DNA from: Lama guanicoe
Lineage: Eukaryota
Assembly: GCA_013239625.1 (NCBI GenBank)
Contig: MU053934.1
Span: 10,187,352 to 10,251,351, forward strand
Reading direction: 5' to 3'
DNA: 64,000 nt
This document shows, piece after piece, positions 1-12,904 of this stretch. Positions within the stretch are counted from its first letter, which is position 1; each line of letters opens with the position of its first letter. A program made the position numbers and the translations under genes. The notes under the pieces were generated by a model. The model saw only the letters and a program-made list of their open reading frames with translations. It had not been told where the DNA came from and did no database searches.

Positions 1-1399
1 CCTGCTCTCCTGCCTTCACAGGGAAGCAAGCGTTCCCCGCCCGCCCCTCGGTGGAGACGTGTCAGCAGGCGCCGTGACAGGTCCTGTGTGTGAGAGGCGG
101 ACTTGGACCTCTACTTAGAAATCGTTTTTTCTTGGCAGCTTAAGGGCTCTCAAGCTGCCCTGCAGCGAGCAGGTCCAGGGAGGCCCCCTGGTTAGTGCCA
201 CGTGCACGCAGCTGGGACTAGGTTTCCTCAAAAACAACCAGGAGCCCTCGCTCAGGACCCCTCGCACGGAGGGGGGTCTGTGGAGCTCGCAGAAGGTGAC
301 ATGGGGTGATACATGAGGATCAGGCCTTTGAGGCTTTGCTTTGACAAAGGCCTTACTCCCTCATTTCCCCGGAAATAGTGTGCGGTAGCTGGTGTTTGTT
401 CATCTTGTATTCTGGGCAGCTTCAGGATTGAATTGAATCTCTTAACTGCCTTTGAGTAAACATTCATTGTACCAATACATTAGAATAGTCTAACTTTTTA
501 AAAACTAATTAAGAGTTTCAGAAAATGTGGGGGTAAAGGTCAGAAAGTGTTTTTAAAGTTTTGCTCCTAAGTTCAAGTTGAATAATTGCTGTAGACTCAC
601 CCTTGGGCTCTACCCCGACCAGCGCACAAGGAGACCAGCGCCTTTGGATCCTAATGTGTTTCTGTGTGATTTTATGTTCGTGGTGCACTTAGCTTTTTAA
701 GTGGCTCCGGGTGGACATTATTAGGCCCATCCTCAGAGCTTCTAGTCCCAGGGGACAGACAGACAGACTGCCTGGGGTGCAGACAGTGTTGTGTGGCTCC
801 CGATGTCTGCACGGCCTGTGGTGGTCCAGGCCTGCATCCCTGGTTTTGCATTTTGTAATCCCGGCACAGACGCGACAGAGCACAAACTCAGGCAGTTGGC
901 TCGATAGACGTAGGAGACTTCTACCCTCCCCGCCACCAGACGCTGGGGCGGGGCTCTGTCAGCGCTGAGGCCTCCCACGGCCGCACGTGGACTGGCCGAT
1001 GGCCTGTGCATGCCATGTACCGGAGGGGAGCGCAGACATGCCGCGTCCCCGGGGGAGTCCAGAGGGACCCGCGGGGGCCTGCACGGGCTGCTGGTCAGAC
1101 AGTTCCGTGGAGAGTGTGTGTGGTTGTTGACAGACTTGTCTGGATTGTTGCAGTTTGGGTTGCTTCGTTCCCGTGTCTTTTCTCACAGGACCTGGGTTCC
1201 TGTGGAGCTGGGAGCCGTGCTGGTCGGGCCCATGGCCCCCAGCCTGGCGGGAGGCCTGGGCGAGGCGACTGCCATGCGGGGTCTGCCCTGGAGGAGGGTG
1301 CCTAGTGGGAGGCGCAGGGGCCTGACACCCACCCGCGGGGAGAGAGCCCGCCGCCTCCTGGCTCCCCTCCCTCTTCACCCCCCGCCCCGGGAACTAAGT

Positions 1400-2075
1400 G
1401 CATCGAGAATGGATCTAAGGAGCGGGCACAAAGACACTTATGGAAAGAAGTTAAAACTTCACCAGGACATTGAAAAATGCAAATTAACAACTCATTTTAC
1501 TGAGCTGCCTGTACCATGAGCAGAGGTGGGAGAAAGAACTGCGGGCGAGGGATGCTGGGGTCGACATTCTCGGGTGTCGTGGCTGTGGTCTGAACTTCAA
1601 ACACTCACTCCGTTAAAATATTTCACTAAATTCATCAGGAGCCTGAAAATGCTCTCACTCTTGACCTGCCAGTTTTCTTGGAGATGTTTACTTTAAGCAG
1701 GTGATTCTCAGTGTGGATCAAACCCCTTATGCACAAAGGATGCTCAGGGGCGTTCCTGACTGTGAAGTGTTGGAGGTGGTGTGCGCGCCCGCAGCGGGGG
1801 TGTGGTTCAGGCAGCCGCGAACGACCGCCCGCAGCGTGTGGGAAAATGGAAACTCATCCTACCAGTGTCACCCGTCAGCAGGTGCAAAGTTACAGTCACA
1901 GCGTAGCCGGAGCCAGAGGAGAGCTGAGCGGAAACGCGTGTGGGGAAAGGGGAGAAAAATTATACTCAGATGGCCTCCTGGTTGTGTTTTAAATGATGGA
2001 CGTGTGGCCAGTGTCCACCTTTATTTAAATCTTTGGGTTTTCAGGTTTTCTCCTGTGACTGTGGATTAAAATAAT
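1400..2075 (+). mobile_element. Ancient L1 (L1ME-type) ORF2 end/3'UTR remnant
   Basis: 'aaatgcaaattaa', 'atcaggagcctgaaaatgctctcactcttgacc...ttatgcacaaaggatgctca' and the 3' end 'ttttcaggttttctcctgtgactgtggatta' follow the recalled L1ME3/4 order. Confidence 0.55.
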
Positions 2076-4069
2076 CGTTCTTGATCATCTTACCCCTCTG
2101 GGGCCTCAGATGTGCCCCGGGGACCCCACTAGGTGCACGGTGCCCCTTTAGTGCCCACACTGGGCCCCATGGCCTTCCCCAGCTCCCAGGGCACCGTATG
2201 CTCACTGGGGAGTGGAAACCTCCCGGGATAAACCCAAGGGACCAGCTGTTTGGGGCCCCGTTGAGGACCTGTGTCTGCACTGGCTTTTCCTCTTTGGTTC
2301 AAGGGTGTGCGGGCGATGGTCGTGTTAGTGGTTCAGGGGACTCTGGAGGGGAGGCCCGGGCCCTGCCCCGGGTGGGTCGTGCGGTCTTTGGGCTGAGCGG
2401 GATGTGCGGTCTGGGGAGACGCAGTGAGGCTGTTCCTACAGGCTCGCTCTTCAGCCTCTGAGTGAGCAGAGAGGCGGGCGTGGAGCCGGGCATCCAGATG
2501 GCGGGAGGGGTCTTCCCCTGGGGGCTCTCGGGAGCCAGCTTCCCTGTGCTCTGTCTTGAGTCCAGCAGCAGCTGTGCCCTCTTCTGTGGGGCACTGAGAG
2601 TCCACTTGTGATGCCAGAACGTCAGGGCTGGAGTATGGGGACACGGCTGCCCGCTGGTGTGCGTACGCGGCCACCACCCCTCGTGGTGTTGGTGGCGGCT
2701 GTGGTTCTGTGCTCGCTGCGTGGAAGGCTGGGCTGCCTGGACACGCCTTCCGTGTCTGGACGCTTCTCAGGGCAGTGCTGTGTGTGAAATAAATGTTGGT
2801 CACACATAAGAAAGAGAAGTTTATTTGTTGGACTTCTCTGCAGTTGGGCCTTTTGAGGAATTCACTGGCGCCCAGCGGCCCCAGTGGCCCTGCCTTGCTG
2901 GGGGGACCTGTCGCATTTGCTGTGGCCGAGAGCCGGGAGGCCGCCTGACTGGTAGCAAGGGGAGGGCCCCTATTGTACAGGAGGTCCAAGCGTTGTTTTT
3001 GGGGGAGGGAAATTCTTCTTGCTGACGAATTGGAGAGCCACACAGTCGATTGTTATTTTGAACAGAAGTCTGCACCCAAGAACGCCGCAAGGAGAAGGCC
3101 CATCGTGCTCTGGCCTTGTGCCGTAACCCTGGCACGTCTGTCCGGGTTTTGTTGTGACAAAGTAGCCTCCCCTTTCTGTGATGAGATTCCACCCGCTCGG
3201 GATAGTTGCAGTGTAAGCAGTGTTCTCCGTCCTGTTCACGGCCCGTTGGCTGGATGTACCAGCGGGGAGAACCGGGGTATCCGTTCTGGACTGACGGGTT
3301 GCCAGGGGCGTCGCCAGAGGCACAGAAAGCCTGCTTCCTGGTGAGGCCGTGCCAGGTGAGTGGCCGCGGACGTGGTGAGTTGCTGCAGAGGCGATGGCCG
3401 TGGGCCCCACTGCAGCCTGCGCACGGAGCCCGGATGCTGGGCACCGCTGCCCACTCTGGCTGTAACCTGCACCACACTTGGTGTGTCAGGAGCATGAAAC
3501 CATGAGCAGAAGTTTGGCGGTGATGTGTGATGAATTATTGAGGACCAAGAATTGTCAATGGAAGCACCTTGCTTATTTGCAGATGGCCCCGGCCAGCCAC
3601 TCGTGGCGTGGTCAGTGGCAGCCGGGCGGTCCATCAGGTGAGCCTGTGCTTTAAAGGCCTGCTTCACCTCAGCGGAGTTGTGCTGTGCTCTGGCTCCTGT
3701 GAGTGTCCTTCTGGGCTTTCGCTGTCTTCGTGGCGGTTACTGGGAGTGAAGCAGAGCAGCACCGCCTTCATCCTGAGAGCACCTCCTCCCCGGGGGGCTC
3801 GGGGTGGCCCGCCTGTTCTCGTGGGGACTTGGGACTTGCACCTTGGAGCCCCGGCCCCCAGCCAGACCATGAGCCGTGGAAGGGCAGGGCCCAGGGCCCA
3901 GGCCCCGTCTCGGCGCCTGGCCCCCATGGGGCACCGCTGAGCTCTGGATTTTCATGGCCTCTGACCTCTGTCGTCAGATTGTTGTTCAGAACCCATGTAC
4001 CCTTCCTCGAGTGAGACTCCTGTGGTCTGTGTGTTCCTCTTGGTCCAGGAGTCTGTTCTCTTCAGCTGT

Positions 4070-4720
4070 ATCAGTAGTGGATATTTTAAATTTTGAAACT
4101 TGAACAGGTTTGTAGGCGAGTTCATGATGTTCATTTCGTTTTATTAAACACTAGTGCTGTTGATCATTTCTGTATGTTTTTAACTGAGTTTTAAAATGCA
4201 TAACCTTTGCACGTGTTTTCCTCCTTTTCGCTGGGCTTCTCACATGCTCTTCTCACGGGGAGGGGATTCTCGGTAGGTTGTTGCTGTGAATCCCTGGCCC
4301 GTGCTGTCCCAGCTGTTTTCCCACTTGCTTTGCTTCCTGGGTTTTTCACTTACAGCCACGTCGAGTTCGTGTGCGGTCGCGTGGACCCGGTTTTCCCGTC
4401 GTCCCGGCTATCCTGGGAGGGTCTGTTTCTGAGCTGCTCACACGCGGCGGCAGGCTCCCCCGGGCTGGTCCTGCCCCCTTGTCCCCCTCCTCACCCTGGC
4501 GAGTGTCTCTGCACGCGCCTTCCGGGGTGGCTTCCGGCCTCAGCAGAGCCCCACGCGCGGTGCTCAGCCCCCCCGGACCTGGCTCCCCGAGGCTTTCGGG
4601 AACAAGCCCGGTCCTGTGCTGGTCGATCTTTCTTTCCATTTGGCTGCATTAGTAATGATCTGAGTGAGGGAGTGTTTGCTGATGGATTTAAAGACCTGTT
4701 TATCCTTTGAGGAATTATTT
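4070..4720 (-). mobile_element. Highly decayed old L1 fragment
   Basis: T-rich stretch 'tttaaattttg...gttcatttcgttttatt..actagtgctgttgatcatttc...tttgcacgtgttttct' resembles antisense L1 ORF2 3' region. Confidence 0.35.
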
Positions 4721-7700
4721 TTGACTTAATTAGATAAAGGGAGTAAATCAATTTGGTGGATTGATTTATGATCAGTTTGCGTTTTCAGATTATCATGACT
4801 CAAGGAGCTTATTCTCTGTATAAATGACTGCTGTCTGCCTTCTGAAAGATGACTGTCTCCACAGGAAGCTGCTTCTGACTGGCAGCGCGGCATCGGACGG
4901 GTCCTGACCAGCACGGCTTCCAGCCCTTTCCTTGCTAAGTCATAACGAGGGGCCAAACCCTTACGGGCAGGGGACGGGCGGGAAGGAAAGCTTCCGTCCT
5001 GTGAGCCTGACGCGGGTGCCAGGTGCCGCCGCATCCCGGACGAATCGTGGGCTCCTCTGGGTGCGGGGGTGGGGGGCCCAGCCGAGAGCCCGCCCTGTCA
5101 GGACAGCTGGCCCTGCGGACCTGTTGTCCCGAGAACCCGGCCTGCGAGTCTCGAAGGCGAGCCCAGCCCCAGCTGCAGCCTTTCGGGGGCCTCAAGGTCA
5201 GAGGGGTGACCTTCTTAGCGACCCCGAGCTTCCATGGAGAGGCGGCGGTTGCATGGCCGTCTGGGCCCACTGGGAAGCCTGCGGCCTCCAGTTGGCATGA
5301 ACCCTCAGCGATTTGTGTGCTGTTGGCATCGTTCCTGGAAGCAGGCTAGACTTCGCCTCTTACCTTAAATTCGGCAGTAATTCGGATGCTTCTCTTCAGC
5401 AGAGACCGTGGGGTGAAATCTCGTCTTGCTCTCCGTGGACGATGTTGTGTGGGCCGCCTGTGCTCTGGGTCTAGCTGTGCGTGTCACGACCCCTCCCTCC
5501 TAGACCGCAGGCTCCGCGGCGGCTGTCCCTTCGTCCACCTGGCACGGCTTGCTGGGTGCTGGGGACACGGAGAGCAAGGGGGCTGCAGCCCTGCTCTCGA
5601 GCTCTTACTGCAGCGGGGGGACAGAGCACACAGGAGAGCAGCAGGGAGCGATGCGGCTGGTGACGCGTGTCATGGGAGGAGTGCAGCGGGTGGTCCAGGG
5701 CCTGGCATCAGTGGTGTGGAATCGATGTGTTCTCTGGTGATGTTTTTGTGAACAGGGGCATCAGTGGCAGGGCCCACGCTCTCGGACGGTTGGGGCTTGC
5801 AGGCTCCAGCGCCGTGGCCTTCCCTCCCTGTCCACTGCGCGGGCCCTCCGTCAGACCCCCTCTCCCCGCAACTCGCTCGCACGCAGCCTCTAATGTCCGG
5901 GTCTCCCTGCCTGCTGGGGAGTCTGGCTGCGGAGCCTGGCAGCCGCGATCCTCACAGACTCTCGTCCTGCCTCAGTCGTGCGGAGACCGCCCGGCTCCTG
6001 TCTCTGACTCCCCTGCGCCTTTCCTCCCGCCGTGGGCCTGTGTCTGTGGGCCGCTGGTTGTCGACCACGCCGCGGAGCTGCGAGCCCTGGTGGGGTTTAG
6101 TCTGTGACCTTGAGCTGCGCGTTATTTGTGTGGAAATTAAGCATTCCTGCTGCTCAGCCAGTCTGACCAGAACGTGGGTTGTCTTGCTGGGCCAAGGCGT
6201 TTTGTGAATTTATAGTCTTGGGTTGTGACATTTTTCTCGGCAAAAACAGGACTTCTCCCTGCATTGGAACCCAAATCCACTTACTTAATTGCTGAAATCT
6301 CCATCACCAAAGTGTTGGGGCTTCAAACGTAAAACTCCCAAGTTGAGCGATGCAGACTAGACGTGGAGCAGTGCCCGCTCGCTTCTGAAGGAGGGCGGGT
6401 TCTGATCACCAGTGGAGCTCCTGATTATGTGGAGAGGCCTGTCGCAGGGCGTGTGCGGTGTGGGGGGAGGGTGACGACCGTAGACTCACCAGCAGTGTCG
6501 GAATCCCCTGAAGTTCCAGGCGCTGTGTGAACCTGAGCTGTTTCTCCTCCCTAATTAGCAGGCTGCACCCCTGCGTGCCTTACTGCGAGGGAGGACCTAG
6601 CTGTGAGCACCCCCGATCGCCGGGAGGGGTGGTTCCCGTCTGTCCGTGCTGGCCAGGCGGCACCACTGCCGGGGGCAGGCCGGGGTCTCGTGGAGGCAGC
6701 GGAGGTCGTGCAAGTTCCGCCCCTGGGAGACCCAGCTCCCAGCTGTCGTGCCATCTGGCGGAGGGGACGTGGTTCGTGTCTGACTGCCGAGGGGTGGTCG
6801 TTCCTGCGCACCAGGCCCTGCCTTGCGGACTTATGGCTGCACAGACAGCTGAGCGAGTGGTCCTCTGCCCTCCTGTCCCTGCAGATCAAGATCTGAGTGC
6901 CTGGCCGGGTCGGAGCAGCAGAGACACCACTGAAGCCAGTGGCCTTGACCCAGGAGCTCGTCCCAGCCCCATGGCGTGCGTTTCCGGGCCCAAGCGGGTG
7001 GACAGCAGGCTGGCCTCTAGCAGGCGGCGCCTGTGTTCCACCTGCTGCTTTTATCTGTGGTTTTGTCCCGCCGCGCCCCCGGCACCCCCGTGCGCCTCTC
7101 CTGTGCCCCTGCCAGGGGCCAGCCCTGCCAGCCACGGTGTGTGCTGCCCTTGGGCCCGTCCCTCGGCTCTCACGCTGCCGTCACAGCCGGGGGCTTCCAG
7201 CATGTTCTGTGTGGCTCTCTGAGCTTCCCCGTGGAGGTGGGTGCTTTCTCTGGCAGGGTGGTATTTATCTCACTCTGACAATAAGGGTCATTCCGACGCG
7301 CTCGGGTTTTCAGAGACAAATTGGCATGGGGCGCTCTGAGTTAAATGTCATTACTTCATTACGTCGAAGAGTAACAAATGGCCCGTTGTGAGAAATGACA
7401 CCTGGAATGGGCCGCCGACACTTCCCTGGATAAAGTAATAAGCTAAACAGACTAAGAAGAATTGCCGAGGCCTCCGCCTGCGGGTCTGGGCAGGGGCGGA
7501 CCAGCTGGGTCTGCGAACGAGGAGGGGAGCCCGAGGCCTGGGGGTGACGGCTTGGCCCCTGTCTGCCTTTGATTGTGGCTGAGGAAGTATCTCTGTGCTT
7601 TGAGGGCCCTTGAAAGAGAATCTGTCGACGGGAAACTTCTCCGAAGGAGCCCTGTGGATGCCGTTGGCTCAGCTCCCCGAGGCGGGGAGAGAAGACCAGG

Positions 7701-8164
7701 TCTGCTCTGGCTCGGTGGGGTGCAGAGTCGATTCTGCCGAAGCTGTTTTCCCAGCGGGGAGGTGTCCCCCGAGAGGGGGCCACTTGCAGCCCTGTGCGTG
7801 AGCTTCATCTCGACCAAGGGTGGGGGCCTGGTGTCCCGAGCCTGGGCCAGCCGGGGCTCGTGGGCCCTGCACGGAGGCCCCAGGCAGTCAGCCACTCCGG
7901 GAAGCTGGCCTGAAATGCCCTCCCTGCTTTGCTTTCCGATTTCCGCTGTGCGCAGGGAACAGGGCGGTGGGAGGGTGTTGGCGGCGGCTCCCCCAGCCAC
8001 ACACCTAGTGTGAGTGAGGCGTGTTCGGTGCCACCGGGGAAGCGACTGCAGTGCGCACGTGAGGTGTGCCTGCACAGAGAGGTGGCGTGCTTGTGGGAGC
8101 CGGTACCTGCACCGGCGTCGGACAGGTGCGGGTCCACACCCCGGCCCCGCCGCTTCCCAGGCCG

Positions 8165-8300
8165 GGCTCCGCGTTTCTCCACACCCCATTTTCCGTGGGG
8201 CACAAGGGTGGTGATAATAGAGTTAATGCATTTAAACCATGAGGAAGGGTGCCTGGCATATAATAACCACTCAGTAAATGTCAGCAGATTGTATTATATT
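8165..8300 (+). mobile_element. MIR SINE 3' part
   Basis: 'gagttaatgcatttaaa...gtgcctggcatataataaccactcagtaaatgtcagc..tattat' matches the MIR tail. Confidence 0.7.
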
Positions 8301-9077
8301 ATATTGTCATTTTTACCCACTGAAACCTTCCTGGAGTATATTCTAGGCTGACATCTTTCTTTTCTTAAAGAACATCTTCCTTCCAAAGATGGCATGCACA
8401 TTTGCAAAATAAAACAAAAGTAAATAGAATTTTAAAAATGGGATGCACAGTTTTTTAAAACATTTATGAGTGTTATGCTGGATGGTAGCAATTTTTGTTA
8501 TGATCTAAAATTAGTTTGTTCAAATGTCTGATAAGCCATTTCAATTAGGCATCTGTTTTGCATTTTAAAACTTTTAAGTTATGTTTTCTCGTTAGACTTT
8601 TTGTACTTGAAGGAGGAAATGATTTAGAGCACCATTGCCTGTTTTCTCAAATACATCTGGGTTTTGCTTTCTTGGTGTTTGCTTGTAGCATAGAAGTATT
8701 TTCCAGTGTGAAAATATTTTGGACTAATCTTTGAAGGAGGTTTTCAGCAGAATTATTACTGATTATGAGTATGTGAACATATTAGAAGCAGAATTTAAAA
8801 AATCTTAGAAAAGTTCAGATCTTGGTTAGGAATAAGAAATATATTTTAGGTTCTCTCTTACTAGGTTGTGAAGTGCCCAAGAAGCAGCGATTTGTAATAT
8901 ATTAATTATGCTAATTTATTGGAGAGGATTCAGGATATTAATTATCTGCGACTAATTAGGTATTAAGATTGAGAGCCAGTAAGTGATGGGGTGGAAGGCT
9001 GTGAGGCCTCTAGCTGGAGCAGGGGAGCTGGGCGGAGGGGTCTGGCCAGCAGCTGCAGCTGGTTTATCCACCCTGAG

Positions 9078-9084
9078 CACTAAC
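9078..9084 (+). promoter_or_regulatory. Splice branch point CACTAAC for the 9117 exon
   Basis: Near-consensus (TACTAAC) branch site about 33 nt upstream of the acceptor, with no intervening AG. Confidence 0.75.
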
Positions 9085-9116
9085 TGCACGCTGTCTCTCC
9101 CGCCCGCGGCGCCCAG

Positions 9117-9226
9117 ACGGCGAGGATGTGGCCGCTGCCGACGTGTCCCGCGTGCCCGCGGACGTGCTGCGCAACGTGGAGGCTGACACGTACTGGTGCA
9201 TGAGCAAGCTGCTGGACGGCATCCAG
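9117..9226 (+). CDS. TBC1D22A: TBC1D22A internal coding exon (110 nt, phase 1 to 0; probably human exon 9 equivalent)
   Basis: Acceptor gcccAG (9115-16) and donor CAG|GTGAGC (9227). Reads (D)GEDVAAADVSRVPADVLRNVEADTYWCMSKLLDGIQ. EADTYWCMSKLLDGIQ is the TBC1D22 motif, and 'TYW' fits 22A rather than 22B ('SFW') as recalled. Confidence 0.96.
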
Positions 9227-11567
9227 GTGAGCCCCGCGGCCTGGCCCGCGTCCACTCCCGTGCCACAGGAGCCCCTGTCTCCATCTGGAGTAGTCTGTAC
9301 TCCTCAGGCTTGACCGGCTGTGAGAAATACCATGTGTGTGTCCGTGTGTCTGTCCATGGCGCTGGACAGGCGCCCTGTTCTGGAGCCAGTCGTGGTGTCC
9401 TGCTGAGGGCATCCTCGTCGGGAAGCTGCAGTGCAGGGCTGGGAGGGAGGGGCCCTTCCCTGCAGAGTCGGGTCCCCACTGGTTCCCACTTGCCTGGCTC
9501 TGCTGCCTGTGACACCACGTGGTCCTGCCCCGACACATGGGCTGTCCTCGATCAGCCGTTTCACTGTCCCCATTAACTGTATTCAGAGGAACCCGCCCCT
9601 TAAAGGGCATCTGACTTAGGACCTGGGCTCCTCATCGATGACACTGGGGCCTGCGAGTGGCTGGCCCCACCGCCCCTGCCGGCCTCGGGTCAGAGATTCT
9701 CAGTGCTTATGGGCCTGCGGCCGGGCCAGGACACAGGGAGTTTGGGGGCTGGGGGAGCCCTGCTGGACCTGGTGTCAGCTGGGGCCAACGGCTGGGGTTT
9801 CTGCAGAAAAGCCAGTCTCCCAGTGCCAGGGGTGGTTTTAAGGAATCATCCATTCCCCATGAATCAGGGGTGCCTCTACACATGCCCACCAAGGACGTCA
9901 TTGGTGGGTCAGGAGCAGGAGGAGGGCTGGAGCCTGATCGGGAGCAGGAAGCAGCCGAGGTAGACAGATGCCCCCACGGCCTGCAGGCCTGTTTAGGCTC
10001 ATCTGATGCCCACACAGCGTTCCTGGACACCTGCTCCGTGCCCAGTGCTGCTCTGGCCCTGGGGAAGGAGAGGAGAGTGAGGGGAGGGGTCCCGGGGCCC
10101 CCCAGGGGTGGACGGTAGATGCCCTGGTGCGTCACCTGAGGCACAAAGCCACTCCCGAGTACACACACGTGGGGTGGAGTGGGACCTGGCGGGAGGACCA
10201 TGAATTTGCCGACAGAGGACAGGAAAGCCCAGGGCAGAGTTTTGGTCCGAAGTTCGTTCTGATCTCTCACTTAAAGGCTGTCTGTTGCAAAGATGGCTGC
10301 CACAGGGGTAGGGTGAGGCTGGGCGGGGCGTGGGTCTTGTGTTCTGCCAGGGTCCCTTTGTGCCACTTGGAGACTGGACGTGTGATGAGGATGCCCTGGC
10401 ACGTGCGTTTCCCACCAGGTTTGGCTTTTCCTGAGCTGCTGTCACGGCAGGCGCTCCTGACTCACTAAGTGGAGAGGTCTCAGCCAGGCTGCTTGATTCG
10501 AAATGGTCCAAGTGGGGCTGTTATGAGATGCAGTGTGAAGACTGAGGCCCTGGGGTTTAATTTGAATGAATCAGCTAGCACGATTCTGTTGAAAACTGTG
10601 TGGCTTCACATTCCCTTTGACAACTCAGGAACTGACAGAGAGAAAGTGGAAGCCCTTCCTGGAACTGAACAGTGGAAACATGTGTCAGCAAGCCAGTCCA
10701 GGTCTCCTGTGACTGACTTTGTGTCCTGTAGAGAAAAATGTGTCTGCTGGAGACATTTTTTGGCCCCAGCATCAATTCATCATTTCCTTACATTGCTAAT
10801 GTTTTCATATTTTTTTAATCTTTCTCCCAAAATGGAAGACTTTTTTCCTCCTTAGGAAAGGGATTGAATCCTAATGTGAAACTTTATCAATTTCAAATGT
10901 CACTTCTCTGATCATGAGTGACAGAACTTCTGCCATTTAAATACAAGATTATCCAGCTCCTATTTGTAAATAAAATCAGCTGTACAATGAGATCGATGCT
11001 GGCTTTTCATTTTTCAGCTGAGATTTGTTGCCTGATGAAATGGTTACTTGACGGGGTGCTGCGTGCGAGGCATAATGCTTCTCTGGCATGGGTGTGTTCA
11101 CGACGCACAGCGGCCGGCAGTGGCCACCTGTCTTTCCCACAGTCACGGTGGATTCCACATGATCCCCATGTGACTAGTGTTTGGGGGCACCCGTTAGCTG
11201 CATCTGGAGAATTTCGGGAGCTCTTCTGGGATTCCTTGGATGAGACCGTTGTCCCCAGTGAGCCTGTGCGAGCTCCTCTGGGGGACTTTCTAGTGTGTGC
11301 AAGTACCACTGCCCTTCAGGCCTGGTAAGTGTGAGGATGTGAACTGCTGTAAGGTCAGGAGGAAGAGGGGCCGGGATGTCAGGACCCCCAGGACCCAGGT
11401 GCTTCTGTCCCCCATTGTTGGCTGCTTCCACGTCTTAGCTCAAGTCCCTGCTCCTGGTCTCACCCCCTCTATCCACGCTTCTTAGAACTTCTAGACTGTG
11501 TCTTCCTTAATTTAAGCAGCCTTTTCATCACATCATGTCCTGTTTGAAAACCATTGAATAAATATGT

Positions 11568-12002
11568 CTTCCTGATACATGCCCAGGAGTGGGATGGCTG
11601 GATCATACGGTAAGTCTAGTTTTAGTTTTTTAAGGAGCCTCCATGCTGTCCTCCGCAGGGGCTGCACCAGTTTGCGTTCCCACCAGCGGTGCAGGAGGGC
11701 CCCCTTCCCTCCACGCCCTCTCCAGCACTGATCACTTGCGGACTTTCTGATGACGGCCGTTCTGACCAGCGGGAGGCGCTACCTCGCTGTAGTCTTGACT
11801 TGCATTTCTCTGATAATTAGTGATTCTGAGCATCTTTTCATGTGCCTGGTGGCCATCTGAATGTCTTCACTGGACAAATGTCTGTTTAGGTCTTCTGCCC
11901 ATTTTTTGAGTGGATTGCTAGTTGTTGTTTTTTTTAAACTGTATGAGCTGTTTGTATATTTTGGAAATTTGTCCCTCGTTGGTCACATCATTTGCAAATA
12001 TT
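11568..12002 (-). mobile_element. L1 ORF2 C-terminal fragment (relatively young)
   Basis: Hallmark L1 strings 'atgcccaggagtgggatggctggatcatacggtaag', 'ttgcatttctctgataattagtgat..tgagcatcttttcatgtgcct', 'tttaggtcttctgcccatttttt'. Confidence 0.92.
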
Positions 12003-12904
12003 AATTTTTTTGGTTTGGTTTAGTGCAGACCCTCAGCCTGGCCCTCACCAGTTGCTCCCCTCATTTTATCAAGTTCAGGTTTATCTCATGGGGTAACAGT
12101 CCACACCTGTGCCGAAGAGGCTCCAGGAGCCACAGTCGGGGCTGAGGGGACCACACGGTGGCCATCCTCTCGGGGAATGACAGGCCTCTCGTGACTGGTG
12201 GGGTGGCAGCGAGGGGAGGGGGGGAAGTGACCCCCGGCGCCGCTCATGCTGCACCTCCTGCCCGCCGGTGCCCCCTGCCGGTGACTCGGCCTCGCAGCGG
12301 AGCCGTTGTCGCAGCCCGGGCACGCGGAGCGGCGAGCCCCTCCCCCACGATCAGGCGGCCTGGGTCGGGCCCGCACCCAGCCCCGAAGCCTGTGGTTTCC
12401 TACCCTGCTGGACCACCTTCTCCAGCGAAAAGAAGTGGAAGTGAGTTCCACTTCGCGGGAGACGTCCTGGAGGGCAGAAGCCACGTCTGCTCACGTCCTT
12501 GCCCTCGGGTGGCCTGCATGGGAGCAGCCGTGTTTCTGGCTCTCTGGGGGCCTCAGCGTGAGACCCTGCTCCGCTTTCGGCCAGAGTGTGGGGAGCACCT
12601 GGCACCTGCAGCCACGGGGCTGGGTGCATGGGATTCACCCCACAGTGTCCCTGAGAAGCTCGTAGCCAGTGGCAGGCGTGGGGAGAGGCCTGCTGACAGT
12701 GGGCAGGGTGCCGGGGGAGGGGCCTGGTCCCAGCTCGCGGAGCAGACAGACAAGGGGAGCCCCGGAAATGAGCGGGTGAGCCGCGGGCTGACCCGGGGAG
12801 CCTGCGGGGAGCCGCCAGGCGTGGTGACGGCCGGGAGTTAAGGAAGATAAGAGCCGGGCCTGGGAAAATGCAGGTGCTGCCCGGTAACGACATGCGGCAG
12901 TTCC

